From positions 13,653 to 77,652 of the forward strand of contig CAVQRU010000008.1 in NCBI GenBank assembly GCA_963715285.1: a stretch of DNA of 64,000 nt, read 5' to 3'. The translations under genes were made by a program, and so were the position numbers. This stretch comes from Ilumatobacteraceae bacterium (GTDB lineage: Bacteria > Actinomycetota > Acidimicrobiia > Acidimicrobiales > Ilumatobacteraceae). Of the stretch, positions 60,919 through 64,000 are shown piece after piece (position 1 is the first letter of the stretch; each line of letters opens with the position of its first letter). The notes beneath the pieces were generated by a model. That model was not told where the DNA came from. It saw nothing but the letters and a program-made list of their open reading frames with translations, and ran no database searches.

Positions 60919-61473
60919 CTAGGTGGTGGGTGGCGATGAAGATGGCGGCGGTGGCGGTGACGTCGGTGGCGGTGGGGTGGTCGGTGCATCGGTGGCGGCG
61001 GACTCGATCGACTCGACGACGACCTTGGTGCCGTTCACGGCCATCACCCGCACATGGGTGCCGACGGGGAGGACGCGTCCGCTCGCGGAGATCGCTCCCC
61101 AGATCTCGCCGTGGGCCGTCACGCGGCCGCGTCGGTCGGTGTCGTCGGGATCGATCGCCGTGGTGACGATGCCCTCGAGCCCGATCAGGCGATCGGCGCC
61201 GACGCCGGGTTCGAGCTCGTTCTCTCCGGCGAACCGTTTCGCGTACCGGTACAGCAGGATCCAGAGCACGCCGCCGCCGACCGCGAACACGAACCACTGG
61301 ATTTCGATCGGTACGTCGTAGAAGCCGAGCAGGGAGGCGGCGAACGCCGACACGGCGAACGGCAGCAGCACGAACGAGCCCGCGAGCACCGTGAGTTCGA
61401 TGATCGCGAACACCACCGCGATGCCCAGCCACACCCAGGGCCAGACGTTCAGGTCGATCCCGAGATCCAGCAC
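60919..61473 (-). CDS. NfeD-family membrane protein
   Basis: Three N-terminal TMs and a C-terminal OB-fold (GRVTAHGEIWGAISASGRVLPVGTHVRVMAVNGTKVVVE). Immediately upstream of the SPFH gene. GTG start. Confidence 0.85.
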   Translation of the reverse strand: MLDLGIDLNVWPWVWLGIAVVFAIIELTVLAGSFVLLPFAVSAFAASLLGFYDVPIEIQWFVFAVGGGVLWILLYRYAKRFAGENELEPGVGADRLIGLEGIVTTAIDPDDTDRRGRVTAHGEIWGAISASGRVLPVGTHVRVMAVNGTKVVVESIESAATDAPTTPPPPTSPPPPPSSSPPTT

Positions 61474-61489
61474 ACGACCAACCTATCCG

Positions 61490-61632
61490 ACCCCCGTTTG
61501 TGTTGCGTTTGCGGTGAGCCGTCTCTTCCGAATCCTCACACGAACGTGGTGCTGCTCGGCCCGGGGTGTTCGTGTCGCGTTCGTGGTGGCCCGTTGCACC
61601 CGAATCCTCACGCAAACGGGGATTGGGGTGGG
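61490..61632. repeat. two diverged copies of the about 72-bp hairpin unit seen at 18288-18645
   Basis: Shares CCCCGTTTG (61491) ... CGCAAACGGGG (61611). Internal direct repeat CCGAATCCTCAC at 61528 and 61600. Confidence 0.75.
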
Positions 61633-61698
61633 AGTCGGCCGGGGCAGTCGGGGGGCAGTCGGGGGGCAGTCGGGGGGTCAGTCGGTGGGGGCGGCGGG
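61633..61698 (+). repeat. about 11-bp tandem repeat (AGTCGGGGGGC)x4-5 giving 6 G-runs of 4-6 (quadruplex-type motif)
   Basis: G-runs at 61641-44, 61650-55, 61661-66, 61672-77, 61687-91 and 61696-99. Straddles the stop codon (61678-80) of the MBL-Rieske CDS. Confidence 0.85.
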
Positions 61699-63240
61699 GC
61701 GGATGCGGATCGGTCGGTCCGACGCCGTCTTGTTTCGACCGGTCTCGAGATCGAAGCGCCAGCCGTGCAGCGTGCACACGAAGTCGCAGCCGTCGATCTC
61801 CCCGAACGCGGCGAGGTCGGCGTTGCGGTGCGGGCAGCGACGCTGCACCACGTAGTCGCCGATGCGGATGTCCGGTTCGTCGCGCGCCGTCAGCTCGTCG
61901 ACCGGCGTCAGCTTGCGCACCACCTCGGCCTCGGCGCGCCGCATCCGTTCTCGCGAGAGCGACTTGAGGAAGTTGTAGACGTATTCGTTGAACTCGCCCT
62001 CGCGCCACGCGGTGAATCGGCACGACAGCAACAGCGAGTTGCTCCAGTCGACGGCCCGTTGGGCGACGACCGTCTCGACGAGCTCACGGGGGATGTCGAA
62101 ACGGAACGCGTACTCCTCGCCGTCGTGGAGCCGGACCTCGCCGTTCGGGAAGTCGACGAGGATCGGCAGATCACCGGCGCGCAGCAAGACGTTGGCACCC
62201 ACCTGAGCCCGGAGGGTCGGAGCCATCTCGAGCAGGGGCTCCCACCACTCCTGCAGCGTGGCGAGCAGGTCGGTGCTCGGCGGGTTCCACGACGCCTTCA
62301 GCTGGTCGAGCCACGGCATCCAGTCGGCCTGGTAGGCCCGCAGATACGACCGCTTGTCGGCGAAGACGGCGTCGACGTCGTCGATCGGGTGGGTGACGTC
62401 GACTCCGTTCGGGCCGATGTCGATCGTGGTGCCGGGAACGTTCAGGATCCCTCGCCGGCCGACCGATGCGAGACGCTCCAGGAAGTGGGTCTGGTCGGGG
62501 AAGATGCTGAGTTCGTCGCCGTCGATCATGTTGAGACCGAACAGGTCCGGATCGAGGAACGCCGGCGGGCCGGCGCTCGGCACCACGTAGCGGGCGTCGA
62601 TGTTCTCGACATAGCGCATCGCCCGGGCGAACTGCGCATCGACCTTTGCCTCGCACAGCGCCCGCTTCTCGTCATCGGGCATCTCGTAGACCATCGGGTA
62701 CCAGATCGCGCCCGAGAACTGCAGCCAGTGGAGATCGACCGGGCCGTGGGCGCGGAGCTGTGCGAGATCGTTCGTGCGGCAGTCGTTCTGGTTGACCAGG
62801 ATCGACTCGCCGTCGGACACGACGAGCGCGGAGTCACCGCCCGGTCCGTCGGTGATCGACGTCTCGACGTGGATCGCCACCGTGAGGCCGGGAACGACCT
62901 CCAACTCCTCGGTGTCGACCGTGCGGATGAACTCGGTGAAACCGAGCGCCTGGAGTGTGCGCTGTTGCTCCCGGGTCGGGAATCCCGGCAGCAGGATCGG
63001 GATGTCGCGTCGGAGGTGCTCACGGAGCCACGGTTCGTCGTGATGGTCGCCGTGGAGGTGCGAGATGTAGAGGAAGTCGGCTCGTTCGATCCGTTCGCGC
63101 AGGTCGTCGCTCAGTTGGTCGTTGCGCGGGAACACGAACCACGACCCGAAGAAGGCGGGCACGAACCACGGGTCGCACAACACCGAGCCGGCCTCGGTCT
63201 CGATGAGCATGCCGGCATGGCCGATGGAGGTGGCGCGCAT
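61678..63240 (-). CDS. MBL-fold metallo-hydrolase fused to a C-terminal Rieske [2Fe-2S] domain
   Basis: N-terminal HLHGDHHD (HxHxDH) and C-terminal CPHRNADL...x..CTLHGWRF (CxH...CxxH). Confidence 0.8.
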   Translation of the reverse strand: MRATSIGHAGMLIETEAGSVLCDPWFVPAFFGSWFVFPRNDQLSDDLRERIERADFLYISHLHGDHHDEPWLREHLRRDIPILLPGFPTREQQRTLQALGFTEFIRTVDTEELEVVPGLTVAIHVETSITDGPGGDSALVVSDGESILVNQNDCRTNDLAQLRAHGPVDLHWLQFSGAIWYPMVYEMPDDEKRALCEAKVDAQFARAMRYVENIDARYVVPSAGPPAFLDPDLFGLNMIDGDELSIFPDQTHFLERLASVGRRGILNVPGTTIDIGPNGVDVTHPIDDVDAVFADKRSYLRAYQADWMPWLDQLKASWNPPSTDLLATLQEWWEPLLEMAPTLRAQVGANVLLRAGDLPILVDFPNGEVRLHDGEEYAFRFDIPRELVETVVAQRAVDWSNSLLLSCRFTAWREGEFNEYVYNFLKSLSRERMRRAEAEVVRKLTPVDELTARDEPDIRIGDYVVQRRCPHRNADLAAFGEIDGCDFVCTLHGWRFDLETGRNKTASDRPIRIRPAAPTD

Positions 63241-63290
63241 GACGTCAGGGTACGACCGCTCCAGGACGGCGAGCGGTCAACGCGAACGGA

Positions 63291-63947
63291 TCAGGCGACT
63301 GGCGGATCGGTGAACTGCTGGCCGGCGCGCGACACGTGCTCGGTCCATGCCGTGCCATCCCAGTAGCGGAGCTCGAACCGGCCCGACGGGTCGGCGTACC
63401 AACCGGCGGGAACGGCCGGCTCTGCTGCCGGAGCGGGTTCGGCAGCTGGTGCGGGCTCCGCAGCGGCGAGCGCGGGCTCGGCCGCGGCTGGCTCGGCGGC
63501 GGCTGGCTCGCTGGCGGCGGCGTCGGCCGCGCCGACCTGTGCGGCCAGGCTCGCGATCGAGTCGTCGGCAGGTGCGGGAGTGTCGGCCGCCGGTTCGGCG
63601 GCCCAGCCCGCCGGTTCGGCGGTCGCCTCGGCAGCGACTTCGGCTGCGGCTTCTTCGACGATGGCCTCTTCGACGGCGACCTCGGCTGCGGCTTCCTCGA
63701 CGATGGCCTCCTCGACGGCGACCTCGGCTGCGGCTTCCTCGACGATGGCCTCCTCGACGGCGAGCTCGACAGCGGCCTCCTCGAGCATGTCCAACTCGTC
63801 GGTCTCGCGGCTGAGGTAGGCCACGATGTTGGTCCCGGCGGACACGATCGAGACGACGTCCCAGCCCTCGGCCGCCTTCTCGTTCAGCAAGGGGGTGAGT
63901 GAAGCGGCGTCGTAGGACGAGGCGGTGACCGAAGAGAACTCCTGCAT
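63291..63947 (-). CDS. DUF4177-like N-domain / acidic Ala-Glu repeat / C-terminal DUF2510 protein
   Basis: LLNEKAAEGWDVVSIV (DUF4177-like). 3 x 14-aa AVEEAIVEEAAAEV (42-bp DNA repeat at 63637-63762). C-terminal GWYADPSGRFELRYWDGTAWTEHV. Confidence 0.65.
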   Translation of the reverse strand: MQEFSSVTASSYDAASLTPLLNEKAAEGWDVVSIVSAGTNIVAYLSRETDELDMLEEAAVELAVEEAIVEEAAAEVAVEEAIVEEAAAEVAVEEAIVEEAAAEVAAEATAEPAGWAAEPAADTPAPADDSIASLAAQVGAADAAASEPAAAEPAAAEPALAAAEPAPAAEPAPAAEPAVPAGWYADPSGRFELRYWDGTAWTEHVSRAGQQFTDPPVA

Positions 63948-64000
63948 GGCGGTGATGCTAGACCAAGCCGCCGGTCGTGAGCGTTCTCATCCGGCGAACA

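Overview
High-GC actinobacterial chromosome segment that is densely coding: about 60 CDS and 1 tRNA. I found no rRNA, CRISPR array, transposase, integrase or phage genes. All protein calls come from motif recognition in the supplied translations; no database search was possible.

Gene content:
- 40-49.5 kb holds the conserved actinobacterial cell-division and Ser/Thr-signalling block crgA / pabA / pknB-pbpA-rodA-pstP-fhaB-fhaA / tRNA-Leu(CAG). There is no pknA.
- This is followed by modABC plus a PadR regulator, a GluQ-RS, an L,D-transpeptidase, a GH2 beta-galactosidase, an NfeD-SPFH operon and an MBL-Rieske fusion.
- The left half carries a MacB-type ABC pair, lipid and acyl-CoA genes (ACAD, thiolase, FadD, PaaI), MarR/ArsR/CGNR regulators, an MMPL transporter, a heterodimeric ABC exporter, two class-III cyclases (one fused to a STAND ATPase and TPR region) and a cold-shock gene.

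Best candidate system: a translationally coupled dabB-dabA-PII-like operon at 5.0-9.7 kb, a DAB-type energy-coupled inorganic-carbon pump with its own PII-type regulator. No CO2-fixation genes lie nearby. The dabA frame is broken by a single missing base inside a 12-bp tandem repeat. The DAB family itself is already described, so the frame break and the PII coupling are the new points.

Non-coding structure:
- At least three families of dispersed hairpin or palindromic repeats. One forms a 5-copy tandem array of 70-72 bp units followed by a G-quadruplex-type tract, and it recurs at a second locus.
- Several promoters of the form TAGAGT-N6/7-ATG, which suggests leaderless mRNAs.
- Many perfect in-frame mini- and microsatellites inside CDS (dabA, pstP, modA, two membrane proteins).

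The many long Arg/Gly/Asp-rich antisense ORFs in the track are high-GC artefacts.
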